From Candidatus Saccharimonadales bacterium (GTDB taxonomy: Bacteria; Patescibacteriota; Saccharimonadia; UBA4664; SCTI01): 64,000 nucleotides of DNA. Shown piece by piece: positions 17,942 through 27,448 of this stretch. The notes beneath the pieces were generated by a model that searched no databases, was not told the DNA's origin, and saw nothing but the letters and a program-made list of their open reading frames with translations. The position numbers and the translations under genes were made by a program. Positions within the stretch are counted from its first letter, which is position 1, and each line of letters starts with the position of its first letter. Where the stretch lies: assembly GCA_035479795.1 (NCBI GenBank), contig DATIII010000004.1, positions 15,668 to 79,667 on the forward strand. Reading direction: 5' to 3'.

Positions 17942-18529
17942 TCAGCTGTCGATGCCGTCCGTCTCCGGTGGCTCCGTCTTGAGCTTGGTGTCGGACTTGA
18001 GCTTGATGGCAGCCGGCTTGATCTGGAACTGCTCCTCCGGATCGTTGACGGTGATGCCCTTGATCTTGCGGGCGTCGCGCAGAGCATCATCATCGTCTTT
18101 GAGTCTGTCCTTGACGATGATCCGCTTGGGTTCGGTGAACCGTTCGCTCCAGCCCCTCCGAGCAATGTCAGCTAGAGCCTTGTCTTCGTCATCGATACTG
18201 ACGGAGAGGGTGGTGGGCTTGAAGACCAGTTCGCCGTTAGGCAGTCGGATCGTCTTGGTCTCGCCGCGACCCTTCGCCAGCTCATCGCGGTAGTCATCGG
18301 CGAAGAGCTCCAGATCGGCTTCAAGTGCCGGAATGGCTTCGATGTCAGCCTGGATGTCAGCCTGGGCAGCCGCTACCAGGGTTGCCACTGTGGCATCGAG
18401 CTCGGCTTGCCGTCTGGCCACAGCGGCGTAAATACGCCGCAGCTCGCCGAGGTTGTTGTTGGCTTGGGTGATCTCCCCTGGAGGCACATTTGGATGTGCC
18501 GGGAGAGCGGGTGCTGCGTTAGCTCCCAT
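17942..18529 (-). CDS. Mu Gam-like host-nuclease inhibitor / DNA end-binding protein
   Basis: Long coiled coil then KTIRLPNGELVFKP...IVKDRLK...IKGITV...EQFQIKP typical of Mu Gam. Confidence 0.8.
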   Translation of the reverse strand: MGANAAPALPAHPNVPPGEITQANNNLGELRRIYAAVARRQAELDATVATLVAAAQADIQADIEAIPALEADLELFADDYRDELAKGRGETKTIRLPNGELVFKPTTLSVSIDDEDKALADIARRGWSERFTEPKRIIVKDRLKDDDDALRDARKIKGITVNDPEEQFQIKPAAIKLKSDTKLKTEPPETDGIDS

Positions 18530-18655
18530 GGTGCTCCAGTCTCTCGAATTTGGACTAGACTAGTTTGCCAGATTAGGTTCAGATTGGCAAGCATAAGAGG
18601 CAGCATTACGCATTGAAAATAGCAGGGATATAAGCTATATTCTTATCTGTTGCGC

Positions 18656-18732
18656 GGATCCTTAGCTCAGTTGGCTAGAGCACTTCATTGACGTTGAAGG
18701 GGTCAGAGGTTCGAGTCCTCTAGGATCCACCA
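18656..18732 (+). tRNA. tRNA-Val(GAC)
   Basis: ggatccttagctcagttgg...tt-gac-gt...ggttcgagtcc...ggatccacca. Confidence 0.96.
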
Positions 18733-18845
18733 TTTTAAAAAGACGAATTTTAGAACCAAGCGAAGCTGTTCGGAAATTCGACAGGAACAGCGATGTGGAA
18801 GCTGAAGCAATGAGATTGCGTAAGCTGGAAGTGCCGCTGTGACGA

Positions 18846-18922
18846 GGATCTGTAGCTCAGTTGGTTAGAGCGCTTGATTCACATTCAAGAGGTCACAGGT
18901 TCGAGTCCTGTCAGATCCACCA
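18846..18922 (+). tRNA. tRNA-Val(CAC)
   Basis: ggatctgtagctcagttgg...tt-cac-at...ggttcgagtcc...agatccacca. Confidence 0.96.
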
Positions 18923-19110
18923 TTTCACCCGCTAGGGTGATTTTTTGTCACAGGACGTGGCGGTCATCTGGCGGATGATGTGCTTGCCGCGTCGATTGAC
19001 TGGGAGGTGCCAGAATGGGCCAAGGGCTGGCTGGCCTGAACGGTGTCGGGCCCGGAGATAAATCTGAGCCGGACACTCGACCTTTAATCCGGATTTGGTT
19101 ATTATGTATA

Positions 19111-19277
19111 GGTTGAGAGTTCAATAGAGCCCAAGCGAGAGTACCGCCTCGCCAGCTCCGTTACCGGTGACGTCACATCGGCCAAGAGTGCCTCGGCAAT
19201 GTCCGGGGAAGTTTGGTGGAACCGCTCGCTGTATAGTGAGTCCGAACGCGCAAGTATTTGCGTGTTTTTTGTTTTTT
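19111..19277 (+). promoter_or_regulatory. T-box riboswitch (Thr specifier) upstream of thrS
   Basis: T-box AAGTTTGGTGGAACCGC (19209-19225); antiterminator GTTTGG/CCGAAC with TGGAACC bulge; overlapping terminator plus T-run; CCGTTA motif; ACC at 19143-19145. Confidence 0.85.
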
Positions 19278-19291
19278 AAGCGAGGTATCAG

Positions 19292-21136
19292 ATGGCTGAA
19301 GTCAAAAAAACCAAAGAAAATGATTTGCATGCCATGCGGCATTCCATGTCTCATATACTGGCCACGGCTATGCAGTCATTATATAAGGGCGTTAAGTTTG
19401 GTGTGGGTCCGGTCATCGAAAACGGTTTTTATTATGATTTCGACCTCGGCGAGACAACTCTAAGTCCGGAGGACCTACCCAAGGTTGAGGCTGAGATGCG
19501 GGAGGTGATTAAGGCGGACTATCCGTTTGAGAGCCGCGAACATAGTCTGGAAGAAGCGATTGGTTACTTCGAAAAGCATGAGCAGCCGTATAAAGTTGAG
19601 CTTGTTCGCGACATCAAAAAGCATGGTACGACTGTAATGAGTGAGATTGAAGGTGGAGTGGCAGCAGGTGGTGATGTAGATAAAATCACAACAGTAACCT
19701 TCTACAAAATTGGTCCGTTCATTGATCTTTGCCGTGGCGGCCATCTGAAAAGCACCGGTGGGGCGGGTGCATTTAAGCTCACAAAAGTCTCGAGTGCGTA
19801 TTGGCGGGGTGATGAGAAAAACCCCCAGCTTCAGCGCATTTATGGAGTGGCCTTTGCCACCGAAGCCGAATTGAACAAATATTTGGAGCAAGTTGAAGAA
19901 GCCGAGAAGCGCGACCATCGTAAGCTAGGTTCGCAGTTGGATATCTTTGTTCAAAGTGAGATCGTCGGTGCTGGCTTGCCGCTCTTTACTCCAAATGGTA
20001 CCGCGATGATTAATGCCATGATGAACCTGGTGCGCGACATCAATACACCTGATGGATATGAGGAAGTCCGGACCGGCCACGTGACTCGAACTGAGCTCTA
20101 CAAGATATCTGGTCACCTCGATAAATTTGGCGACGACCTGTTTGTGGTGGAGGCCGGCGAAGACAAGCTTGCCATGAAGCCAATGAACTGCCCGCATCAT
20201 ACTCAGCTGTATGACCGAGAAATGCGCAGCTACCGCGACCTGCCGATCAAGTATGCCGAGTTTTCGACTCTGCATCGTAATGAGGTCAAGGGTGCGCTGG
20301 GGGGTCTGACCCGAGTACGGGCTCTAACCCAAGATGATGCCCACGCCTTCGTGCGGCCGGATCAGGTGGAGGGCGAGATTGAGATGGTGGTAAAACAGGT
20401 TGATCGACTTCTCAGCACGTATCATCTGGACTACCATGTGCGCCTAAGTTTGCGCGACCCGAAGGATATGAAGGCCTATCTCGGTGACGCCAAGGTGTGG
20501 GATAAGGCCGAAGCCATGCTCCGCGACCTGGCGGGTAAGTTCAAGATGAAGTTCGTGGAGGCGCAAGGCGAAGCGGCCTTCTACGGTCCAAAAATGGACT
20601 TCATGGCCGTCGATGCCATCGGCCGCGAGTGGCAGGTTTCGACTATCCAGCTGGATTTCCAGCAGCCGGAACGGTTTGATCTTAGCTTTGTGGATGAGAA
20701 GGGCGTTAAGCAAAGGCCGGTGATGATCCACCGCGCCTTGAATGGCACCTTTGAACGCATGCTGGGCATTTTGATCGAGCATTACGCCGGTAATTTCCCG
20801 GTTTGGCTCGCACCAGAGCAGGTGCGGCTGGCCACGGTCAATGATTCCAAGGAAATTACCGATAAAGCCTATGAAATGCGAGATGCGTTGAAGATTGCGG
20901 GCCTGCGCACGGAGCTGGATGTGTCCAGCGAATCAGTGGGCAAGAAGATCCGCGCCGCCAGTCTGGCCAAGGTGCCGTATACGATCGTGGTGGGCGAGCG
21001 CGAGGCGGCCGGCGAGCCGGTGTCTGTTCGATTACGCGCCGATATGGGTGAGAAGGATGTGAAAGTGAAGTTTGATAAATTCATCGAAACCGTAAAGCAG
21101 GAGGTCGCCGACCGTGTCGGCCAAAGCTCACTCTGA
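19292..21136 (+). CDS. thrS: Threonine--tRNA ligase
   Basis: RHSMSH, DLCRGGH, RDHRKLG, KPMNCP, GLTRVR, AAFYGPK, IHRA. Confidence 0.98.
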   Translation: MAEVKKTKENDLHAMRHSMSHILATAMQSLYKGVKFGVGPVIENGFYYDFDLGETTLSPEDLPKVEAEMREVIKADYPFESREHSLEEAIGYFEKHEQPYKVELVRDIKKHGTTVMSEIEGGVAAGGDVDKITTVTFYKIGPFIDLCRGGHLKSTGGAGAFKLTKVSSAYWRGDEKNPQLQRIYGVAFATEAELNKYLEQVEEAEKRDHRKLGSQLDIFVQSEIVGAGLPLFTPNGTAMINAMMNLVRDINTPDGYEEVRTGHVTRTELYKISGHLDKFGDDLFVVEAGEDKLAMKPMNCPHHTQLYDREMRSYRDLPIKYAEFSTLHRNEVKGALGGLTRVRALTQDDAHAFVRPDQVEGEIEMVVKQVDRLLSTYHLDYHVRLSLRDPKDMKAYLGDAKVWDKAEAMLRDLAGKFKMKFVEAQGEAAFYGPKMDFMAVDAIGREWQVSTIQLDFQQPERFDLSFVDEKGVKQRPVMIHRALNGTFERMLGILIEHYAGNFPVWLAPEQVRLATVNDSKEITDKAYEMRDALKIAGLRTELDVSSESVGKKIRAASLAKVPYTIVVGEREAAGEPVSVRLRADMGEKDVKVKFDKFIETVKQEVADRVGQSSL

Positions 21137-21947
21137 ATCGGCCCTGCTGACGAGCCTGGTTGACCAATACCAGCTTGAGGTTGATGGCGTTAAGTTCTGG
21201 ACGCCGTATTTCATCAATTCTCAAACCAGCGATACAGTCAAAAGGCCAAATATGCCGGCGCCCTATCTAGGGAAGGGCACTCCCGAGCAAATTAAATTTG
21301 CACTGGCTGAAGCGCTCAAAAATGAGAACGCCCACTTTAGCACAGGCGAAGAGTACAGGACCTTTATGCACGATCAATTGATTGGCGTGGAGTGCTCGGG
21401 ATTTGCTTACTATGTTTATGACGAGCTTCTCAAAGCCACTCGAGGTACTGAGTTGGCCAATCATCTTTTTTGGAGTCGCGAGGAGCTACTTGATGCCTTC
21501 GACAAAGGAATTCCTTGGCACAGGCCGGAGCTGGCTCGTTCAACGGTAGAGGCGTATCCGAATGTCATCTCGTTGGCAGACGTCTGCAAAGACTGGGGAT
21601 GGAAAGAACCGCGGCGAATGGTAAGGGGTGATCGTTATTGGCAGCCAGCCGGAGTTATTGATCTGTATGGCTTTAGTGACTTGCGTTCGGGAGATATGAT
21701 CACCATGAGGGAGAAGGGCAGTGAGATAGGACATTTGGTGATAGTGGTTGAAATCAATGGTGCGCGAATTACTTACGCCCATTCAAGTCGGATTAAGAGC
21801 ACCGATAACGGTGGAGTCCACTACGGCTCATTTGAAGTTACAGTTCCAGAAAGCTCCGTCGAGAAGCAAAAGTGGGAGGAGACTGAATTTCTGAAGACGC
21901 ATTATCGCTATCGTCTACAGCGCCTCAAAGTGCTAGGCGCCCGGTGA
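21114..21947 (+). CDS. NlpC/P60-like papain-fold protein
   Basis: GVECSGFAYYV and later GD...GHLVIV...YAHSS (Cys-His-His arrangement). Confidence 0.6.
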   Translation: MSAKAHSESALLTSLVDQYQLEVDGVKFWTPYFINSQTSDTVKRPNMPAPYLGKGTPEQIKFALAEALKNENAHFSTGEEYRTFMHDQLIGVECSGFAYYVYDELLKATRGTELANHLFWSREELLDAFDKGIPWHRPELARSTVEAYPNVISLADVCKDWGWKEPRRMVRGDRYWQPAGVIDLYGFSDLRSGDMITMREKGSEIGHLVIVVEINGARITYAHSSRIKSTDNGGVHYGSFEVTVPESSVEKQKWEETEFLKTHYRYRLQRLKVLGAR

Positions 21948-22267
21948 CACAGCGACAGGTTAATCAGTTTAGTCAGGATGTTTACGACATCGTTGCCCAG
22001 ATTCCCAAAGGTCGGGTGATGACATATGGGCAGATTGCTGCTCTGTGTGGCAGTCCACGGTCGGCACGGATTGTTGGGCAGGTGGCACACTGGGGGCCGC
22101 TGGAGCTGCCATGGCAACGGGTGGTTAATAAGAGTGGCGGCTTAGCAGGCGGGTATACCACAGGTGGCCGCGAAGCCCACAAACGTGACTTGGAGGCCGA
22201 TGGAGTTGTGGTGAATGATTATCGGGTGGATGTCGATCGTTTGATCTGGTGGCCGACCGATGTCTAA
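21944..22267 (+). CDS. Alkyltransferase-like protein (ATL/YbaZ; MGMT family lacking Cys)
   Basis: IPKGRVMTYGQIA...ARIVG...PWQRVV (Trp replaces the catalytic Cys of PCHRV). Confidence 0.9.
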   Translation: MTQRQVNQFSQDVYDIVAQIPKGRVMTYGQIAALCGSPRSARIVGQVAHWGPLELPWQRVVNKSGGLAGGYTTGGREAHKRDLEADGVVVNDYRVDVDRLIWWPTDV

Positions 22268-23120
22268 GCCCATAATCGCTATTGTCGGACCGACGGCCAG
22301 TGGCAAAACGGCTCTGGGGATTGAGATCGCCAAGCGCCATAGCGGCGAAATAATCTGTGCCGACAGCCGCACGGTCTATAAGGGAATGGATATCGGAACG
22401 GCTAAGCCGACGGCCGAGGAGCGGGCTGAGGTGCCTCATCATTTGCTGGATGTGGTGACGCCCGATCAGGTTTTTACGGCGTCCGAGTTTCAGAACCTTG
22501 CACGTGATGCCATCTCCGATATTGAGAGTCGAGGTAAGCTGGCGATCATAGTCGGTGGGACTGGTCTGTACGTTGATGCGGTGTTGTATGATTACAACTT
22601 TCCGCCGGAAAACCAAAAACTGCGGGCCGAAGTGAAGGCTTTATCTAAGACTGAGCTTCAGGAAAGGGCGCGAGAACTGGAGATAGAGCTCAACGGCAGT
22701 GATTTTAATAACCCGCTACGGCTGGCGCGAGCCATCGAGACAGTCGGCCAGCCGAAGGGCAAGTCAGCACTGAGACCCCAGGCCTTAGTAATTGGCTTGG
22801 ACATCAATCGGCCAGAGCTTGAGAAACGAATTCGGGCACGTATCACCCAAATGTTGAAGGCGGGTTTTATGGCTGAGGTTAACGAGCTGCTTGCGAAATA
22901 CGGATCCGATGCCCCAGGGTTAAACGGTATTGGCTATCGGGCATTTGCTAAGGAGCAGGCTACTAAAGATGCGGTTGAGGAATTTGTGCGCGGCGATTTG
23001 AACTTGGCCAAGAGGCAAATGACTTGGTTTAAGCGTAATGGCGACATTCATTGGGTGGAGTCTCCGGCCGAAGGGCTCAAGCTAGCAGAGGAGTTTTTGT
23101 CATCGCGAGGAATAGCATGA
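22260..23120 (+). CDS. miaA: tRNA dimethylallyltransferase
   Basis: GPTASGKT, DSRTVYKGMDIGTAKP, VGGTGLY, AKRQMTWF. Confidence 0.97.
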   Translation: MSKPIIAIVGPTASGKTALGIEIAKRHSGEIICADSRTVYKGMDIGTAKPTAEERAEVPHHLLDVVTPDQVFTASEFQNLARDAISDIESRGKLAIIVGGTGLYVDAVLYDYNFPPENQKLRAEVKALSKTELQERARELEIELNGSDFNNPLRLARAIETVGQPKGKSALRPQALVIGLDINRPELEKRIRARITQMLKAGFMAEVNELLAKYGSDAPGLNGIGYRAFAKEQATKDAVEEFVRGDLNLAKRQMTWFKRNGDIHWVESPAEGLKLAEEFLSSRGIA

Positions 23121-23187
23121 CGCGGCGATCTCAAATGCTGGATTGCCGCACTCGCTCTAGGGTGACGGATGAGGGTATAATTTTCAT

Positions 23188-24543
23188 ATGCCCATAAGCT
23201 TTACCATTTTTGTGGCCAAAACCTTATCCGTACTTAGTCGCGGCCTGGGGAGGGGGAGCGGGTCGGCCTTGCCCGGACTGATCGCTGAACGGCTCGACCC
23301 CGGGATCGGCCGCAAGCTGGCTCGGCGTCTGCCGCATGGCAGTATTATTGTCACAGGCACCAACGGCAAGACCACCACTTCAAGATTACTAGCTGGAATT
23401 ATGACCGACAGCGGCGACAGGCTAGTTACTAATCGGGCAGGTTCGAACTTAAGCCGGGGAGTGGTCTCGGCCTTAATTGATCATGCCGGTCTAAGTGGCA
23501 GATTTAAAGAAACTGCTGGGCTGTTTGAGGTTGATGAGGCAGCTATGCCGGCTGTGGCTAGGATGTTGCAGCCCCGTGCCATTATTGTCCTGAATCTGTT
23601 TCGTGACCAGTTGGATCGCTACGGTGAGCTAGATACCACGGCGAACCTGGTAGGTCAGGGCATTGAGGCCACCAAGGCCGAAGTCTATCTGAATGCCGAC
23701 GATCCGCTGGTGGCCACCTTGGCTAAATACGCGGCCGGCAGGGTTAAGTTTTTTGGGATCGATAAGGTTCCGATTAAAAAGCTTGAACATGACCATAGTG
23801 CCGACTCGGCACATTGCCCCGTTGATGGCCGAGCTCTTAAGTTTAGCCAGAACTTCTTTGGTCACATTGGCCACTACAAGTGTCCCAACGGAGATTTTGC
23901 CAGGCCTCGCCCAGATGTATCGGCTAATCATTTAAAGCTTGGTGATTCGACAACGTTTCGGCTAGAAAATGGTGAATCCGAAGCTATCAAATTGAATTTG
24001 CCAGGCATTTACAACGTTTACAATGCATTAGCGGCCGGGGCGCTGGCCGTTGACCATTTAGGACTCGAGCCAGCCTCGGTGGCGCGGTCAATTGAGAACG
24101 TTAAAGCCGCCTTTGGGAGGGTCGAGCAACTGGAGTGGATGGGCAAAAAGCTCAATCTGCTGCTGGTTAAAAATCCGACCGGCTTTAATCAGGTAATTCA
24201 AACCTTTATGTTGAAGAAAAAACAACAAAAAGTTCTATTTATTATCAATGATAACTTTGCAGACGGTCGTGATGTCTCCTGGCTGTGGGATGTGGCCTTT
24301 GAGGAGCTTGTAGGCATGAAACACCACATTACGACCTCGGGAATTCGCTCAGCCGATATGGCCTTGCGCCTCAAATACGCAGAAGTTAAGGCCGAGCTGG
24401 GTGACGTAGGGATTCGCCGAGCATTGAAACATTTTTGTGCTCAACTTGATGAAAATGAAGTTGGATTAGTTGTCCCAACCTACACTGCAATGCTGGAAAC
24501 CCGACAGATTATGGCTGGCTCAAAGCTGGAGGAACCGGTATGA
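23188..24543 (+). CDS. murT: Lipid II isoglutaminyl synthase subunit MurT
   Basis: GTNGKTTT, EVDE, NLFRDQLDRYGE, KNPTG, DGRDVSWLWD, PTYTAML. Confidence 0.93.
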   Translation: MPISFTIFVAKTLSVLSRGLGRGSGSALPGLIAERLDPGIGRKLARRLPHGSIIVTGTNGKTTTSRLLAGIMTDSGDRLVTNRAGSNLSRGVVSALIDHAGLSGRFKETAGLFEVDEAAMPAVARMLQPRAIIVLNLFRDQLDRYGELDTTANLVGQGIEATKAEVYLNADDPLVATLAKYAAGRVKFFGIDKVPIKKLEHDHSADSAHCPVDGRALKFSQNFFGHIGHYKCPNGDFARPRPDVSANHLKLGDSTTFRLENGESEAIKLNLPGIYNVYNALAAGALAVDHLGLEPASVARSIENVKAAFGRVEQLEWMGKKLNLLLVKNPTGFNQVIQTFMLKKKQQKVLFIINDNFADGRDVSWLWDVAFEELVGMKHHITTSGIRSADMALRLKYAEVKAELGDVGIRRALKHFCAQLDENEVGLVVPTYTAMLETRQIMAGSKLEEPV

Positions 24544-25262
24544 GTCAGCAATCGATTACTATCCTGCATCTCTACCCTCGTGAACTAAATATTTACGGTG
24601 ATAGGGGTAATATCCAGACACTGGTGCGCCGGCTGGAGTGGCGAGGTATCAGCGCCAAGGTAGTTGAGTTAGGTATCGGCGACGAATTTGATATGGAGAA
24701 GGCTGATATTATCTTTGGCGGCGGCGGCCAGGACCGTGGTCAGATTGCCGTGGGCCATGACTTGCAGCGACATAAGCGGGCACTTACCAAGGCCGCCGAA
24801 GCCTTGGTGCCGATGCTGACCATTTGTGGCACCTATCAGCTGTTTGGCCGCGGCTTCACCACTCTAGATGGCGACACCATCCCGGGGATTGGCATCTTCA
24901 AGGCTCATACCACGGGATCCCGGCTGCGCATGATTGGGAATGCCATTGTCGAAACTGAGTTTGGACGCTTGGTTGGCTTCGAAAACCACAGTGGCCGAAC
25001 TCATTTAGAGTCAGGGCAGGAAGCCCTAGGAAGACTTAAGCAGGGTTATGGTAATGACGGCCGCAGCGGCAAAGAAGGGGCTCGGGCCCACAATGTCTTT
25101 GGCACCTATTTGCATGGGCCGATCCTGCCCAAGAATCCAGCACTGGCTGATGAACTAATCCTAGCCGCCATGCGAAACAAATACGGCGTGACCGAGCTGT
25201 CTCCTGTGGAAGACAGCCTGGAGTTATTGGCAGCTAAGTCCGCGGCTAAAAGACCACAATAG
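24540..25262 (+). CDS. gatD: Lipid II isoglutaminyl synthase subunit GatD
   Basis: LNIYGDRGN, GGGQD, ICGTYQL, GFENHSG, GTYLHGPILPKNP. Confidence 0.93.
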   Translation: MSQQSITILHLYPRELNIYGDRGNIQTLVRRLEWRGISAKVVELGIGDEFDMEKADIIFGGGGQDRGQIAVGHDLQRHKRALTKAAEALVPMLTICGTYQLFGRGFTTLDGDTIPGIGIFKAHTTGSRLRMIGNAIVETEFGRLVGFENHSGRTHLESGQEALGRLKQGYGNDGRSGKEGARAHNVFGTYLHGPILPKNPALADELILAAMRNKYGVTELSPVEDSLELLAAKSAAKRPQ

Positions 25263-25310
25263 TCTGACCCACTGGCAACAAGTCACCATAAGCGGTAAGA
25301 TTAGGCCAAG

Positions 25311-26681
25311 ATGAAGGATGAGGTCCCAGTGGAGCCTGCCCCGAACCCGGTAAAGAAGATTCTCGATACCGAAGTAAATCTGCGCCCTGTCGTCGATAAG
25401 CTGGGCTTCAACCGCTTCCTGCGCATTCTCGGCCCCGGCATTATCACCGGCGCAGCCGACGACGATCCATCGGGCATCGCCACCTACTCGCAAGCCGGTG
25501 CCCAGTTTGGCTACGGTTTAGCCTGGACCATGTTATTCACCTTCCCGTTGATGACAGCCGTGCAGGAGGCTTGCGCTCGGATCGGCGCGGTAACCGGCAA
25601 AGGGCTGGCCGCCGTTTTACGTGATAATTACAGCCGCAAAGTGCTTTACCCGGTCGTCGCTCTTGTCGTGGCTGCCAACACCTTTAATATAGGCTCCGAT
25701 ATTGGAGCTTTAGGTGCCGGAGTGCAATTATTCGCCCCCCAGATTCCTTTTGCCGTCATTGCCATTGCCTTTACCGTTTTAATGATTGGCCTGGAGGTAA
25801 TGCTTTCCTATAAAACCTATACCAAGCTACTAAAATGGTTGGCGCTGGCCCTGCTTTCATACACCGTTACAGCTTTAATTGTGAACCTGCCATGGGGGAC
25901 GGTGGTGCGCGCAACCTTCGTGCCGCACATCCAGCTGAATGCCGACTATCTGTTTATCATCGTTGGGGTTCTCGGCACCACTATTTCACCTTATTTATTT
26001 TTCTGGGAAACCTCGGCAGTGGTAGAGGAGGAGATTTCTGAACACCGCCTCGCCCAGAAGGGCGGCATTCCACGTTTGTCGCGACGGTTTTTAAAAAATA
26101 TGCGCCTGGATAATGCCATTGGTATGGCCTTCTCCAATATCACGGCTTGGTTTATCATCCTCACCGCCGCCGCCGTATTGAACTCTCACGGCATCACCCA
26201 AATCAACAGCGCGGCTGATGCGGCCAAGGCGCTGGAGCCATTAGTTCAAGGCTTCCCTAATGCCGGTTTGGTTGCCAAGGTCATCTTTGCCATTGGCATG
26301 ATTGGTGTTGGCCTACTTTCGGTGCCAGTTTTGGCCGGTTCATCATCTTACGCGCTGAGTGAAGTTTTTGGTTGGCGGGAGGGTTTGTACCGCAAGGCGT
26401 CAAAGGCCCGAGGTTTCTACGCTGTGATTGCCATTGGCACCCTGCTTGGCTTGTTTATGAACTTCGTTGGCTTTGACCCAATAAAGGCACTGGTGTTAAC
26501 TGCTGTTTTTAATGGTATTGCGGCCGTGCCGCTCATATTTCTAATTCTGAAAGTTGGCGGTAATCGCGAGATCATGGGGGACTACCGCCACGGTGGTGTT
26601 TCTCGAGCCTTATTATGGATAACTTTTCTTGTCATGGGCGCCGCCGCTCTAGCCTTATTTGCTTCATTTATACACTTTTAA
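25311..26681 (+). CDS. NRAMP-family divalent metal transporter
   Basis: GPGIITGAADDDPSG and GTTISPYLFFW motifs; about 11 TMs. Confidence 0.9.
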   Translation: MKDEVPVEPAPNPVKKILDTEVNLRPVVDKLGFNRFLRILGPGIITGAADDDPSGIATYSQAGAQFGYGLAWTMLFTFPLMTAVQEACARIGAVTGKGLAAVLRDNYSRKVLYPVVALVVAANTFNIGSDIGALGAGVQLFAPQIPFAVIAIAFTVLMIGLEVMLSYKTYTKLLKWLALALLSYTVTALIVNLPWGTVVRATFVPHIQLNADYLFIIVGVLGTTISPYLFFWETSAVVEEEISEHRLAQKGGIPRLSRRFLKNMRLDNAIGMAFSNITAWFIILTAAAVLNSHGITQINSAADAAKALEPLVQGFPNAGLVAKVIFAIGMIGVGLLSVPVLAGSSSYALSEVFGWREGLYRKASKARGFYAVIAIGTLLGLFMNFVGFDPIKALVLTAVFNGIAAVPLIFLILKVGGNREIMGDYRHGGVSRALLWITFLVMGAAALALFASFIHF

Positions 26682-26777
26682 AGCCGAATAAACAGCTGAA
26701 CACAAAAGTTAGTGGCACATCGCTCCAGCTTTGCTATAATGCTGTACAGATATAATCACAGTAGTGAGGCATGAAGA

Positions 26778-27446
26778 GTGTTCGAAAGCTTGTTCGGGTC
26801 AAAGACCCGAGTAAAATTACTAAGTCTGTTTTTAAATAATCCCAATCGCCAGTACTATGTGCGGGAAATCACCCGCATTATTGATGAGCAGATTAATTCG
26901 GTTCGCCGTGAGCTATCCAATCTTCTGGCCATCGGTATTATTAGCTCCGATTCCAACAATAACCGGCTTTATTACGAGGTTAACCAGGACTATCAGTTCT
27001 ACGCACCGTTGCGATCGATCTTCACCAATATCGCGGCCGAAGAGCCGCAGCTTCAGGAGACCCGTGAAGAAGATATGGTGGCCAAAAAGCTCCGCACCAC
27101 GGGTAAGATTGAGCTAGCCTTTTTAACTGGCTCCTTCACCCGCGACCCACTGGCCGAAACTGATCTTTTCATCATGGGTGATGTAAATCGTTCCAAGGTG
27201 GCCAAGACAGTGAGCGAGATCGAAGGCGATATGAATCGTGGAATTAACTACACAATCATGACGCCGGAAGATTTTGCTTACCGGCAGCGGATGAATGACC
27301 GTTTCCTCATGGGTGTGCTCGATGCCAAGCGGGTGCCGTTGATTGACGAGTCGGCCAAGCGCGTCAAGAAGGCACCGGCTAAGCTGGTGGATGACATTCC
27401 TGAGGTATCGGTGCCGGTAGAAGTAGAAATCAAGGCGGAGGGTTAG
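26778..27446 (+). CDS. Winged-helix protein with C-terminal nucleotidyltransferase-like domain
   Basis: LFGSKTRVKLL...YVREITR...NSVRREL; GSF...TDLFIMG. Confidence 0.75.
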   Translation: MFESLFGSKTRVKLLSLFLNNPNRQYYVREITRIIDEQINSVRRELSNLLAIGIISSDSNNNRLYYEVNQDYQFYAPLRSIFTNIAAEEPQLQETREEDMVAKKLRTTGKIELAFLTGSFTRDPLAETDLFIMGDVNRSKVAKTVSEIEGDMNRGINYTIMTPEDFAYRQRMNDRFLMGVLDAKRVPLIDESAKRVKKAPAKLVDDIPEVSVPVEVEIKAEG

Positions 27447-27448
27447 AG

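Noticed and set aside
18941-19039. Protein-like fragment (...LAASIDWEVPEWAKGWLA*) after tRNA-Val(CAC)
   Set aside because: No convincing start or SD and too short to assign; may be an integrated-element relic but cannot be supported from sequence alone.
23188-25262. murT-gatD as a novelty
   Set aside because: Well-characterised lipid II amidation pair; ordinary.
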